Below are positions 7,901-16,432 of a DNA stretch of 64,000 nucleotides, one piece after another. The translations under genes were made by a program, and so were the position numbers. The stretch spans positions 387,170 through 451,169 of the forward strand of contig CAWBLU010000003.1 of NCBI GenBank assembly GCA_963789725.1, given 5' to 3'. Under the pieces are notes generated by a model that did no database searches, was not told the DNA's origin, and was given only the letters and a program-made list of their open reading frames with translations. This stretch comes from an uncultured Chloroflexia bacterium. GTDB taxonomy: Bacteria; Chloroflexota; Limnocylindria; Limnocylindrales; CSP1-4. Position 1 is the stretch's first letter; the number at the start of each line of letters is the position of its first letter.

Positions 7901-10300
7901 CCGCCAGAAATGGAAGGAGTCGGGCGGTCGGGACTCAGTCAGAACCCGCATTTCGTCCGGTAGATTGCGAGACGCCACGACGCGGAAACAATCGTCCGTC
8001 ACGCGTACGACCAATCCAAGGTCGGCTTCGAGAGCGCCGATGATCCGCTCGAGCAGAACGCCGCCGATCGCCTCCTCGGACATGTCGCCGCGGGGCAGCA
8101 GGGTCAGGCTCATGAGCGTCTCGAGTTGCGTCGTCAGGCGCCGTTCCTGGTCGAGGCCGCTCTCCAGTCGCTCCATCAGTCGGGAAGTCTCGATGGCGTT
8201 GGCGATCTGAGACGCCACCTGGAGAATCGTCTCGTCGGCTGGAGGGACCCAGCCCGGACGCTCCGACGCGAGGGTCAGGAACCCGATCGACCTGTCGCGG
8301 TTCCGCAGGTCGACCACGAACCCGGCGGCGATGCCCTCGCGCGCGATGGCGGCGGCGAGGTCCGTTCCACTTAGCATGTCGGCAAGAGCTTCCAGTGGGA
8401 CGATTTCTCCCGGTCGATCGAGGATCGGACCCAGTCTCGGCAGGTCGGCTGTTTCGAGGGCCGCGATTGTCTCGCCGGAGACGCCGTAGCTGGCCTCGAT
8501 GACCTGGTGCCCATCCGCCCAGGTGCCGATGGCGCCGAACTCGGCCAGGGTTAGTTCGCACAATCGGTTCAGCGAGGCCTCCGCAGCCTCACGCCGACTG
8601 CCGGCTCGCCCAATTGCGACCGCGATGGAGCCGAGGGCCGCGACCTGCGACTCCAGCGACGCGTCGGCCGGGGCGGGCTTGCTCAAGGTGATGAACCCTG
8701 AGGGGTCTTGACCGATGTCGTAGGTGGCCGTCAGGGATAGATCGACGACCACGTTCTGCCCGGCCCGCGGGCCGATGACCGGCTGGTGTATCACGCGGCC
8801 GTGCCACAGGCCGACCGACCGAGCCGCGTCGGTGGGGACCGATCCCATGAGGCTGCCGTCGGGCGCGAAGTCCACGATCACGTCGTCGACGCGCCGGCCG
8901 ACGGCTTCCTGGGCGCCGAAGCCGTAGAGGCGTTCGGCGGCCGGGTTGACCGACGTGATCACCAGGTCCCGATCCATGGTGATGATCGACTCGGCCATCT
9001 GCGAGAGAACGATCCCACCCGTCCGGGCAGTCTCCTCGAGCCGAGCCCGCAGCGCCGCATCGCGCCGCATGGCCTGCTGGAGATCGGCATTGCCGACGGC
9101 CAAACCGCCGTGACGACCCAATTGCTCGAGGCGGATCGAATCCAGGTGCGTCTCGGGCAGGGCCGACCAGAGCAGCGCCATCGAACCGATCCTGCGGTCG
9201 GCGAACCAGAGGGGCGTGGCCCGCAGCGTCTTCAGTCCCAGGGTGCGCCAGGTTTTGACCTCGAGCGTCGAGCCGGCTCTTTCGAGGTCGACCTCGAAAG
9301 GCCGGTCCGACTCCAGAAGTCGCTTTGAGAGCGATGAAGCCGGGCCCAGGTTGGCGAAGGCAGCCTGGACAGCTGCGGAGGTATCGGGGCCGGCGATGAC
9401 GGTGCTGGCGTTCACGCCCTGAAGGACGATGACCGACGCCGCCGCATTCCGGCCGTCTGAGACGATCTCGAGGACTCGGCGGGCCGCTTCTTCCACCGTC
9501 ACAGACTCGTCCGACAGGCGGGCCACCCGTCCCAGATCGCGCAGCATCTGCTCGCGCCCCTCGGCCCGGCTCAGTTCCCGGAGACGCACCATCACGTAAC
9601 CGCGTTCGACGGGCGAGACGACCGTACAGATGGCCTCGACCCGGACGGGATCGCCGGTCTGAGACTTGATGGTTATCTCGCGGACGATGGACCCGGCCGC
9701 CTGCTGCTCTCGCCGGGCGGACTCGGCGTCCTCCTCGGTCCAGCCCTCGATCTCCGTCCTGTAAGAGATGCCGATCATTTCCTGGCGGGTCCGGCCATGG
9801 AGCGCGGCTGCGGCAGCGCTCGCGTCGATGACCATGCCGTCCATGTCCATCAGAAGCAGCGCTTCGGGCGAGCGACCGAAGAGGTCGCGGTACGGGAGCA
9901 GGACCGGCGGGGTGTCGTCGATCTCGGCGAATGGATTCGCGTCCTCCCAGAAGATGGCGGCAATCCCTGGAAGCTCGTCCTTGGTCTCGAGCGTCACGCT
10001 CTGGACATGGGCACGGACCCACACGTCGCGACCGGAGGTGACGCGCAGCTGAATCGGGCCGTGCCATCCCCCCGGCTCCATGGCCATAGCCCGGACTTGC
10101 TGGCCGGCGACGGCGCCCCCGCGGAGGACTGCCATGAAACCGGCCCAGGGCCGGCCGATGGCTTCGTCCGGGGCAATTCCGAGAATGCGCTCCGCGTGCT
10201 TGTTCCAGCGCACCACGATGCCCGCCGCATCCATGACGGCGACGCCCGCATCGAGTTGCTCGAGGAGCTGGAAATCGTCGATGGTGAAGCTTTGAGCCAC
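4934..10300 (-). CDS. hybrid sensor histidine kinase with multiple PAS/GAF domains and a C-terminal receiver domain (1788 aa)
   Basis: H-box AHELNNPLAAI, HATPase G-box GTGLGLSVSFGIVAAHGG, then a REC domain (LALDDEPSIRAF...) at the C-terminus. The N-terminal roughly 1400 aa contains repeated PAS- and GAF-like segments. Confidence 0.85.
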   Translation of the reverse strand: MAQSFTIDDFQLLEQLDAGVAVMDAAGIVVRWNKHAERILGIAPDEAIGRPWAGFMAVLRGGAVAGQQVRAMAMEPGGWHGPIQLRVTSGRDVWVRAHVQSVTLETKDELPGIAAIFWEDANPFAEIDDTPPVLLPYRDLFGRSPEALLLMDMDGMVIDASAAAAALHGRTRQEMIGISYRTEIEGWTEEDAESARREQQAAGSIVREITIKSQTGDPVRVEAICTVVSPVERGYVMVRLRELSRAEGREQMLRDLGRVARLSDESVTVEEAARRVLEIVSDGRNAAASVIVLQGVNASTVIAGPDTSAAVQAAFANLGPASSLSKRLLESDRPFEVDLERAGSTLEVKTWRTLGLKTLRATPLWFADRRIGSMALLWSALPETHLDSIRLEQLGRHGGLAVGNADLQQAMRRDAALRARLEETARTGGIVLSQMAESIITMDRDLVITSVNPAAERLYGFGAQEAVGRRVDDVIVDFAPDGSLMGSVPTDAARSVGLWHGRVIHQPVIGPRAGQNVVVDLSLTATYDIGQDPSGFITLSKPAPADASLESQVAALGSIAVAIGRAGSRREAAEASLNRLCELTLAEFGAIGTWADGHQVIEASYGVSGETIAALETADLPRLGPILDRPGEIVPLEALADMLSGTDLAAAIAREGIAAGFVVDLRNRDRSIGFLTLASERPGWVPPADETILQVASQIANAIETSRLMERLESGLDQERRLTTQLETLMSLTLLPRGDMSEEAIGGVLLERIIGALEADLGLVVRVTDDCFRVVASRNLPDEMRVLTESRPPDSFHFWRRLKSSEHGGAFQEPLANAVGTEPGVERMIASGVTGHAAFPVREGDRLVGAFICYFHESAEKRPQADARNVEAVGRIISIAYDNARMSEGLAEAAEHERRLTAELRALQELTLLGASTDDLTRLAQETIDAVVLATGAIAGGYILVDPSSARVDPVAWVGPQSGRWPQDGEPSQPPDDWPPLSQFQSSNGIWRSPSLAGNGSETGSRLSQAVLPLRVDDRLAGVIHLEWAESQPGEQYDVHFLEPIARVCSISLANFRLRSELLHRAAAQRALGHRLDTLDELTRIGEEASTFEELAHRTVSLVREALGAEGVCYLLIEPGRHFETHAVAGETGAFRLWLKGVPAKDAPGGSLLLSGGSSVLGDFVASQVNERVLPLARATGFQSFASIPIRTGEELAGALLCFFESPAAMLSLDESALDSVARIAGIALANYRLRERLVSSEERYRTLFEESPDALLVSALDGTVFDVNEAAVRLYRMNRGEVLGRYFGQLVTADEREMARRRQIVWAQGRGTFRDRGRRPDGSEFPVEVEVRVVELGGQRRFLHLVRDLSDQERLQRELLQAQKMEAIGQLVSGVAHELNNPLAAIIAFSQLMRSDERLPDDMKHDAGLLVQEADRTRRIVQNLLDFARARQPERRPTSINVLVQSVLELQSYALNTNQIQVAVDIAAALPEVDLDRAQLQQVLLNLTINAIQALRGRDRKAPGHLWVSAAMVKTRPSGGAARTNRPIDDGGRVRITIRDDGPGVPESARARLFDPFFTTKQPGEGTGLGLSVSFGIVAAHGGLLWYEPGPRGTGSSFILELPVSARGLDDSLGIPVPEHLAERPADPVAQPTPAEPAAAPPIPANQGTGDAPRPRVLALDDEPSIRAFLRKALNAAGMDCLPFADGAQALDGIREIIFDVMLIDHRMAGMSGTEFYEAAVSYRPELAQRAVFMSGDVLNPDLRGFATQRGIRLLAKPFDIDAVIRVVREALAAAAESDAASRGPGA

Positions 10301-10630
10301 GCTTCCGCCGAGCGCGCGACCGGCCTCCGACTTCCCTCGGGGCCTTCGATCGCAGGCAAGTATGGTAGCCGCTGACGGCCCCGTTTCCGCAGGGCCCGAG
10401 GGTCCCCGGCGAGGCTAGTCCATTCTGGTGATATCCGAGGGGCGTGTGGTCGTAGCGCGGAACTGAACCCGCTGGAGACGACCCGGCCGGTCCGGATTCA
10501 CGCGGCGACCCGAAGTCAGACGTCTGGGCGGCGGGCCGACGCCTCCAGTCCGACGGAGCAAGGGCCCTTCCGTTGGCCGGACGTGCCGGCTCGCCGCGGT
10601 GGCGCCTGTTGCTGTATCCTTCGCGGCCGT

Positions 10631-10705
10631 GGGCCCGTAGCTCAACGGTAGAGCAAATGACTCTTAATCATTAGGTTCTCGGTTCGAATCCGAGCGGGCT
10701 CACCA
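10631..10705 (+). tRNA. tRNA-Lys (anticodon CTT)
   Basis: Folded by hand into a cloverleaf: 7-bp acceptor stem GGGCCCG/CGGGCUC with one G-U pair, D arm GCTC-AACGGTA-GAGC, anticodon stem AATGA/TCATT with loop CTCTTAA, T arm CTCGG-TTCGAAT-CCGAG, and an encoded CCA end. Confidence 0.85.
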
Positions 10706-10810
10706 GATCCAGACGTGAAACGACCCCTCCGTATCCCGGAGGGGTCGTTTGGTGGAGGGGCCGAATTGAGCGCCCCGGCGTGAGTGGCGCGGACGCCATC
10801 AAACCGGCGA

Positions 10811-12436
10811 CTAGTACAGATCGGCCGATGTGGTGTCGACGTCGCCGTCGTATCCGCCGACCAGAAGGACCCGGCCGTTGGCGAGCATCGTGGCCGTGTG
10901 GTACTCGCGACTGCTGCTCATGGAACCGGTGACGGTGAATTCGCCGGTCGTCGGGTCGTACAGCTCAGCCGTGGCGACGTCGTCGTTGCCGTCGTAGCCG
11001 CCGGCGATCAGCACTTTTCCATCCGAGAGCAGAGTGGAGGAGTGAGCCGTTCGTTCGGTGGTCATCGGTCCGGTCGAGCTGAAGGTCGCGGTCGCCGGGT
11101 CGAAGATGTCGGAAGTGGCGTAGTAGTTCGAGGCATCCTCGCCCCCGGTGATGAGGACGCGGCCGTCGGGCAGGAGAGACGCCCCGTGCAGCTCTCGGTG
11201 CGTGCCCATCAACCCGGTCGCGGTGAAGGCGCCCGTGTCGGGGTCGTAGATCTCCGCCGAGGATAGGTAGCCCGTCTTGTAGCTTCCTCCGGCCAGCAGG
11301 ACCTTGCCGTCGGCGAGCTTGGTGGCCGTGTGATTGCGGCGGGCCGTTGTCATCGAGCCGGTCTTGGTGAACTTGCCGGTCGCCGGGTCGTACAGCTCGG
11401 TGGTGGCAAGGACGGTCCAGGTGTCGCCCGACGGCGTGGAGCCGCCGGCGATCAGCACCTTCCCATTCGCCAGCAGCGTCGCCGTTGAATACAGGCGTGG
11501 CGCCGAGAGGGATCCGGTGGCGGTGAACTTGCCCGTCTTGGGGTCGTACAGCTCGGCCGAGGCCAGGTCGCCCGTGCCGTCCCACCCACCCGCGATCAGG
11601 ACGCGGCCGTCTTGAAGCCGGGTGGCGGTGTGGCCGGAGCGCGCCGTCTTCAGCGAGCCGGTGGCGGTGAACTCGCCGGTCTCGGGATCGTAGATCTCGG
11701 ACTCGGCGAATGCCACCGAATCACTCTCGCCCCCGCTGATCAGGACCCGCCCGTCGGCGAGTAGGGTGGCTCCTTGCTGCTCGCGCTCCATGTCGAGTGA
11801 GCCGGTCGGCTCGAATGCGCCCGAATAGGCGATGCTGGGCGCGCTGGTCGGAGCGATCGAGCCGGCGGCCGTAGGCGCGTTGGAATGCTCGGCCGTAGCC
11901 GTCCCGAGCTGGCCGGACGAAGGCCGTCTCGATGGATGGGGGCCGTTGTTCGAGTTGACAAGCAGGGCGCCCCCGCCGATCACGGCGACGAGGACGATCA
12001 GCCCCAGGCCGATGAAGATCGGACGGTTGCCGCCGCGCGCAGCGGCCTGGCCGTAGGTCTGCGGCTGCTGGTACGCGGGCGGCTGGCCGTAGCCTTGTGG
12101 CTGCTGGAAGGTCTGCTGGTATGCGGGGGGCGGCGGTGGTGGAGGCGTTGCCAAAGGCTGGCTCCACGCTGTGGGCGGTGCCGGGGGCGGCGCAAGCGGC
12201 TGCTGGTATGCGGGAGGAGGAGGCGGTGGCGGCGCGCTCGGAGGCGGGCTCCAGGCGGGTGGAGCGGGAGGCGGTGCAGCGGCCGCCGGCGGGCTCCACG
12301 TGGGAGCCGGCGGTGGCGGCGCAGCCAGGGCGGACCCGCAGTTCGAACAAAAGGCTGAGCCCGTGGGTGATTGAGTTCCGCAGTTGGGGCAGGTTGTCAG
12401 TCCCTGGCCCTGGTTGTCGGTCATGAGCCGCTCCAT
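10811..12436 (-). CDS. membrane-anchored Kelch-repeat beta-propeller protein with N-terminal zinc ribbon and Pro-rich linker
   Basis: N-terminus CPNCG...CSNCG, then a long PPPPAP/AYQQP low-complexity region and a TM helix ([21 protein letters not shown]). Followed by six or more Kelch-like repeats (GH(T/S)[12 protein letters not shown]). Confidence 0.75.
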   Translation of the reverse strand: MERLMTDNQGQGLTTCPNCGTQSPTGSAFCSNCGSALAAPPPPAPTWSPPAAAAPPPAPPAWSPPPSAPPPPPPPAYQQPLAPPPAPPTAWSQPLATPPPPPPPAYQQTFQQPQGYGQPPAYQQPQTYGQAAARGGNRPIFIGLGLIVLVAVIGGGALLVNSNNGPHPSRRPSSGQLGTATAEHSNAPTAAGSIAPTSAPSIAYSGAFEPTGSLDMEREQQGATLLADGRVLISGGESDSVAFAESEIYDPETGEFTATGSLKTARSGHTATRLQDGRVLIAGGWDGTGDLASAELYDPKTGKFTATGSLSAPRLYSTATLLANGKVLIAGGSTPSGDTWTVLATTELYDPATGKFTKTGSMTTARRNHTATKLADGKVLLAGGSYKTGYLSSAEIYDPDTGAFTATGLMGTHRELHGASLLPDGRVLITGGEDASNYYATSDIFDPATATFSSTGPMTTERTAHSSTLLSDGKVLIAGGYDGNDDVATAELYDPTTGEFTVTGSMSSSREYHTATMLANGRVLLVGGYDGDVDTTSADLY

Positions 12437-12599
12437 GGGGTTTCATTCGCGGTCGGAGGGTTGCGTGGCGACGTAGCCGTCGGACGGGATGAGTCCAGCA
12501 CGGTCGAGTCTAGCGATCCGCGGTGGCTCCGACACCCCGGACTTTGGGAGCCCCGCGCGGCCCAGGTGATGGTCGCGGGGCGCAGGCGACCGGTGCCGG

Positions 12600-13520
12600 C
12601 TATTCCTCCGGCCCGATCTCGATCCGGTTGCGACCGGCATGCTTGGCTCCGAACAGAGCGGCATCAGCTCTGACGAAGAGCGATTCGGCCGTCTCATCCG
12701 GGCGGGCCAGAGCGCCGCCAACCGAGACGTGGACGGTGGTGGCGCGGCCGCCGTGGCGAGACTCCGATTGGGCCACCAGGACCTGCAGACGTTCCGCCGC
12801 GTCGACGAGGCCTTCTTTGTCGGACGCCCCCACGAGCACGGCGAACTCGTCGCCGCCCCAGCGGGCGACTATGTCGCCCGACCGGATGGCCCCGTGCAAT
12901 GTAGCGCCGACGCCGGTCAGGACCGCGTCGCCGAACGCATGGCCGTAGTCGTCGTTGATGGCCTTGAAATGGTCGATGTCGGCTATGAGCAGCCCGAAAC
13001 GCCAGCCATATCGGGTCATGTTCTCGATCCGGCCGGCCAGGGCGGCGTCGAAGAGGCGGCGGTTGGGCAGGCCCGTGAGTTCGTCGGTCAGGGCGTCGCG
13101 GCGGGCTCGATCCGCGTCCTCCGTCGCACGCAGGACGGCCGAGTCGTCGGAGAATACTTCGACCGCCCCGACGATCTTGCCGTCCGGATTCCGAACCGGC
13201 GCGGTCTTGACCCTGACAGGCTTCCGGTAGCCATCCGCGTGCCGGAGCCAAACCGACATGTCGCGCGGCTGTCCGTCGCGCATGGTCGCAGCAAGCGGGC
13301 AGATGCTGTGGCAAAGCGAATTCCCGTGGGCGTCGACATGGTCGAGGATGTTGTCGAAGCAGCGACGGCCGACCACGTCATCGGGGCCGTAACCGGTGAT
13401 CCTCTCCGCTCCCGGGTTCCAGAAAGTGATCCTGCGGCCGGGATCGACGAAATAGACGCCGTCGGCAAGGTTGTCGACGATGGTCTTGTGGAATTCGTTC
13501 TCGAATGGGTTGTCGGGCAC
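12600..13520 (-). CDS. PAS-GGDEF diguanylate cyclase
   Basis: N-terminal PAS segment, then an RWGGDEFAVL active-site motif. Confidence 0.85.
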   Translation of the reverse strand: MPDNPFENEFHKTIVDNLADGVYFVDPGRRITFWNPGAERITGYGPDDVVGRRCFDNILDHVDAHGNSLCHSICPLAATMRDGQPRDMSVWLRHADGYRKPVRVKTAPVRNPDGKIVGAVEVFSDDSAVLRATEDADRARRDALTDELTGLPNRRLFDAALAGRIENMTRYGWRFGLLIADIDHFKAINDDYGHAFGDAVLTGVGATLHGAIRSGDIVARWGGDEFAVLVGASDKEGLVDAAERLQVLVAQSESRHGGRATTVHVSVGGALARPDETAESLFVRADAALFGAKHAGRNRIEIGPEE

Positions 13521-13851
13521 GACGGCGACTCCGGATGGCGCACCGACGCTGGTGTCGTGACGCCCGCCACCAATGTACTACGCATTCGAGGGGCGGTCGG
13601 GCAGGTCCTTCCGGCGGCGCCAGACGCAACCGAGACGCTCGCAATCGCGCCTGGCCGCCCGGTTCGCGTCGGTGTCGTTGGACCCGCCGTCGTGCGGCGG
13701 CCGGCGCCGGAATGGTAATGTCCACACCGCGCCCGGCCGTGGGGCCGCGCCCAGTCCACGAGCCAACCGCCGATCGCGATCTGCCCATCCGAGACGAGCA
13801 TCGGAAGCGGAGCCACGCGATCGGCAGAATTGGGCAGCCGAGAGGAGAGTC

Positions 13852-16302
13852 GTGCGATACGGTCACTTCGACGATGAGGCGCGCGAGTACGTCATCACCC
13901 GGCCGGATACTCCTCTGCCGTGGATCAACTATCTGGGCAGCGAGGCCTACTTCGGGATCATCTCGAACACGGCCGGTGGCTACTCCTTCTATCGCGACGC
14001 CCGTCTCCGCCGCCTGACGCGTTATCGCTACAACAACGCCCCCCTGGACCTCGGCGGGCGCTACGTCTACCTCCGAGACGACGAATCGGGCGAGTTCTGG
14101 AGCCCGAGCTGGCAGCCGACACAACGTGAGCTGGACGACTACAGCTGCCGGCACGGCCTGGGCTACTCGATCATCGGCTCGAGCTACAACGGCATCCGCG
14201 GCGAGACCCTATATTTCGTGCCGCTGGGCGAGAATCTGGAGGTCTGGCGGATCCGAGTCACCAACGAGCGAAAGACTCCGGCCAGGGTCTCGCTCTTCGA
14301 CTCGATCGAGTTCTGCCTTTGGGAGGCGCTGGACGACAACACCAACTTCCAGCGCAACTACTCGACCGGCCAGGTCGAGGTCGAAGACGGCGTCATCTAT
14401 CACAAGACCGAGTACCGAGAGCGGCGCGATCACTTCGCCTTCTTTGCCTGCTCTGCTCCGCTGGCCGGCTTCGACACGCAGCGTGACGCGTTCCTCGGCG
14501 CATACCGCGGCTGGGACCGCCCCATCGTGGTCGAGAGCGGCAAGGCCGGCGACTCGATCGCTCACGGCTGGCAGCCGATGGGCGCCCATCACGTCAAGCT
14601 CGATCTCGCGCCCGGCGAGACCCGAGAGGTGATCGTCCTCCTCGGCTATCAGGAGAACCCCCAGGACGACAAGTTCGATCGGCCCGGATCCCAGACGATC
14701 AACAAGAAGCGGGTCAAGCCGGTCATCGCCCGCTACCTGCAGCCGGCCGAGGTCGAGCAGGCCTTCACCAAGCTGCGCGACTACTGGACGCAGATGCTGG
14801 GCATCCTCCAGGTCCGGACCGGCAGCGAGCACATCGACCGCATGGTCAACATCTGGAACCCCTACCAGTGCATGGTCACGTTCAACATGTCGCGCTCCGC
14901 CTCCGGCTTCGAGTCGGGCATCGGCCGCGGCATGGGTTTCCGCGACTCGAATCAGGACCTGCTGGGCTTCGTTCACATGGTTCCGGCACGCGCCCGCGAG
15001 CGCATCCTCGACATTGCGGCGACACAGCTGCCCAGCGGCGGGGCTTATCACCAGTACCAGCCCCTGACCAAGCGCGGCAACAACGACGTCGGCAGCGGCT
15101 TCAACGACGACCCGGCCTGGCTGGTGCTGGGCGTGGCCGCGTACCTGAAGGAGACGGGCGACACCTCGATCCTCGACGAGCAGGTCCCCTACGACAACCA
15201 GCCGGACACTGAGACGCCGCTCTACGAGCACCTCCAGCGTTCCATCCAATACACCCTCGACCGGGTCGGGCCGCATGGCCTGCCGCTCATCGGCCGGGCC
15301 GACTGGAACGACTGCCTGAACCTGAACTGCTTCTCGGAGACGCCCGGCGAGTCTTTCCAGACGACGGAGAACAAGGAAGGCGGCGTCGCCGAGTCCGTGT
15401 TCATCGGCGGCCTGTTCGTCCTGGCGGCCAACGAGATGGCGGCCCTGGCGGAGCGCCGGGAGGACGCGGCCGAGGTCCGGCTCGCCAGCGATGCCGCCGC
15501 CTCGATGACGAAGGTGGTCGAGACCGCGGGTTGGGACGGAGCCTGGTTCCGCCGCGCCTACGACTACTTCGGCCGCGTGGTCGGCTCGGACGAGTGCCCC
15601 GAAGGCTCGATCTTCATCGAGCCCCAGGGCATATGCATCGTGGCCGGCATCGGCCTGGACAACGGCATGGCCGACAAGGCGCTGGCATCCGTCGCGGAGC
15701 GGCTGGCGACGCCGCACGGCATCGTCCTGTGCAGCCCGGCCTTCACCTACTACCACGTGGAACTGGGCGAGATCTCCACGTATCCGGAGGGCTACAAGGA
15801 GAACGCGGGCGTCTTCTGCCACACCAACCCGTGGGTCATGATCGCGGAAGCGATGAGCGATCACCCCGACGCCGCGCTCGACTACTACATGCGGATCAAC
15901 CCGTCCGCCCGCGAGAAGATCTCCGACCTCCACCGCTGCGAGCCGTACGTCTACGCCCAGATGATCGCCGGCAAAGACGCCCCCACTCACGGCGAGGCCA
16001 AGAACTCCTGGCTGAGCGGCACGGCCGCCTGGAACTTCGTGGCCATCAGCCAGTGGATCCTGGGCATCCGGGCCGAGTACGACGGGCTGCGCATCGACCC
16101 GGTCCTGCCGGCGGATTGGGGCGACTACCGCGTCACGCGGCGGTTCCGTGGGGCCACTTACAACATCGCCGTCCGCAAAGCGAGGGGTTCGAGTGGGCGC
16201 GTGACCCGGCTGACCGTCGACGGTCGCGAAATCGCGGGCAACCTGCTCCCGCTCCCAACGGGGCCCGGCCAGTCTTTCGAGGTCGAGGCGTCGGTGGGCT
16301 AA
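13852..16302 (+). CDS. GH94 glycoside phosphorylase (cellobiose/cellobionic acid phosphorylase family)
   Basis: N-terminus RYGHFDDEAREYVITRPDTPLPWINYLG, plus GRADWNDCLNL and other GH94 signatures. GTG at 13852 follows GAGGAG; product about 816 aa. Confidence 0.85.
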   Translation: MRYGHFDDEAREYVITRPDTPLPWINYLGSEAYFGIISNTAGGYSFYRDARLRRLTRYRYNNAPLDLGGRYVYLRDDESGEFWSPSWQPTQRELDDYSCRHGLGYSIIGSSYNGIRGETLYFVPLGENLEVWRIRVTNERKTPARVSLFDSIEFCLWEALDDNTNFQRNYSTGQVEVEDGVIYHKTEYRERRDHFAFFACSAPLAGFDTQRDAFLGAYRGWDRPIVVESGKAGDSIAHGWQPMGAHHVKLDLAPGETREVIVLLGYQENPQDDKFDRPGSQTINKKRVKPVIARYLQPAEVEQAFTKLRDYWTQMLGILQVRTGSEHIDRMVNIWNPYQCMVTFNMSRSASGFESGIGRGMGFRDSNQDLLGFVHMVPARARERILDIAATQLPSGGAYHQYQPLTKRGNNDVGSGFNDDPAWLVLGVAAYLKETGDTSILDEQVPYDNQPDTETPLYEHLQRSIQYTLDRVGPHGLPLIGRADWNDCLNLNCFSETPGESFQTTENKEGGVAESVFIGGLFVLAANEMAALAERREDAAEVRLASDAAASMTKVVETAGWDGAWFRRAYDYFGRVVGSDECPEGSIFIEPQGICIVAGIGLDNGMADKALASVAERLATPHGIVLCSPAFTYYHVELGEISTYPEGYKENAGVFCHTNPWVMIAEAMSDHPDAALDYYMRINPSAREKISDLHRCEPYVYAQMIAGKDAPTHGEAKNSWLSGTAAWNFVAISQWILGIRAEYDGLRIDPVLPADWGDYRVTRRFRGATYNIAVRKARGSSGRVTRLTVDGREIAGNLLPLPTGPGQSFEVEASVG

Positions 16303-16432
16303 CGGGCCCCGCCCGCGGGAGCCTCGCCCGCGGGAGCCTCGCCCGGATGGGCTTCGTCCGGTAGGATTCGGCCCGCGTCCACTATCGCTACCGCTCGGTC
16401 CCGTTCACTCGGCCGGCTGGGGAGACCACTCG

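Noticed and set aside
8589-10067. 492-aa ORF on the same strand inside the large histidine-kinase gene
   Set aside because: Low-complexity Arg/Gly/Pro composition and no motifs. The overlapping frame encodes coherent PAS/GAF/kinase domains.
10300-10810. Possible integrase, transposase or mobile element next to tRNA-Lys
   Set aside because: There is no integrase/transposase ORF or attachment-site repeat of the tRNA 3' end in the flanks. The neighbours are the histidine-kinase start and a Kelch protein gene.
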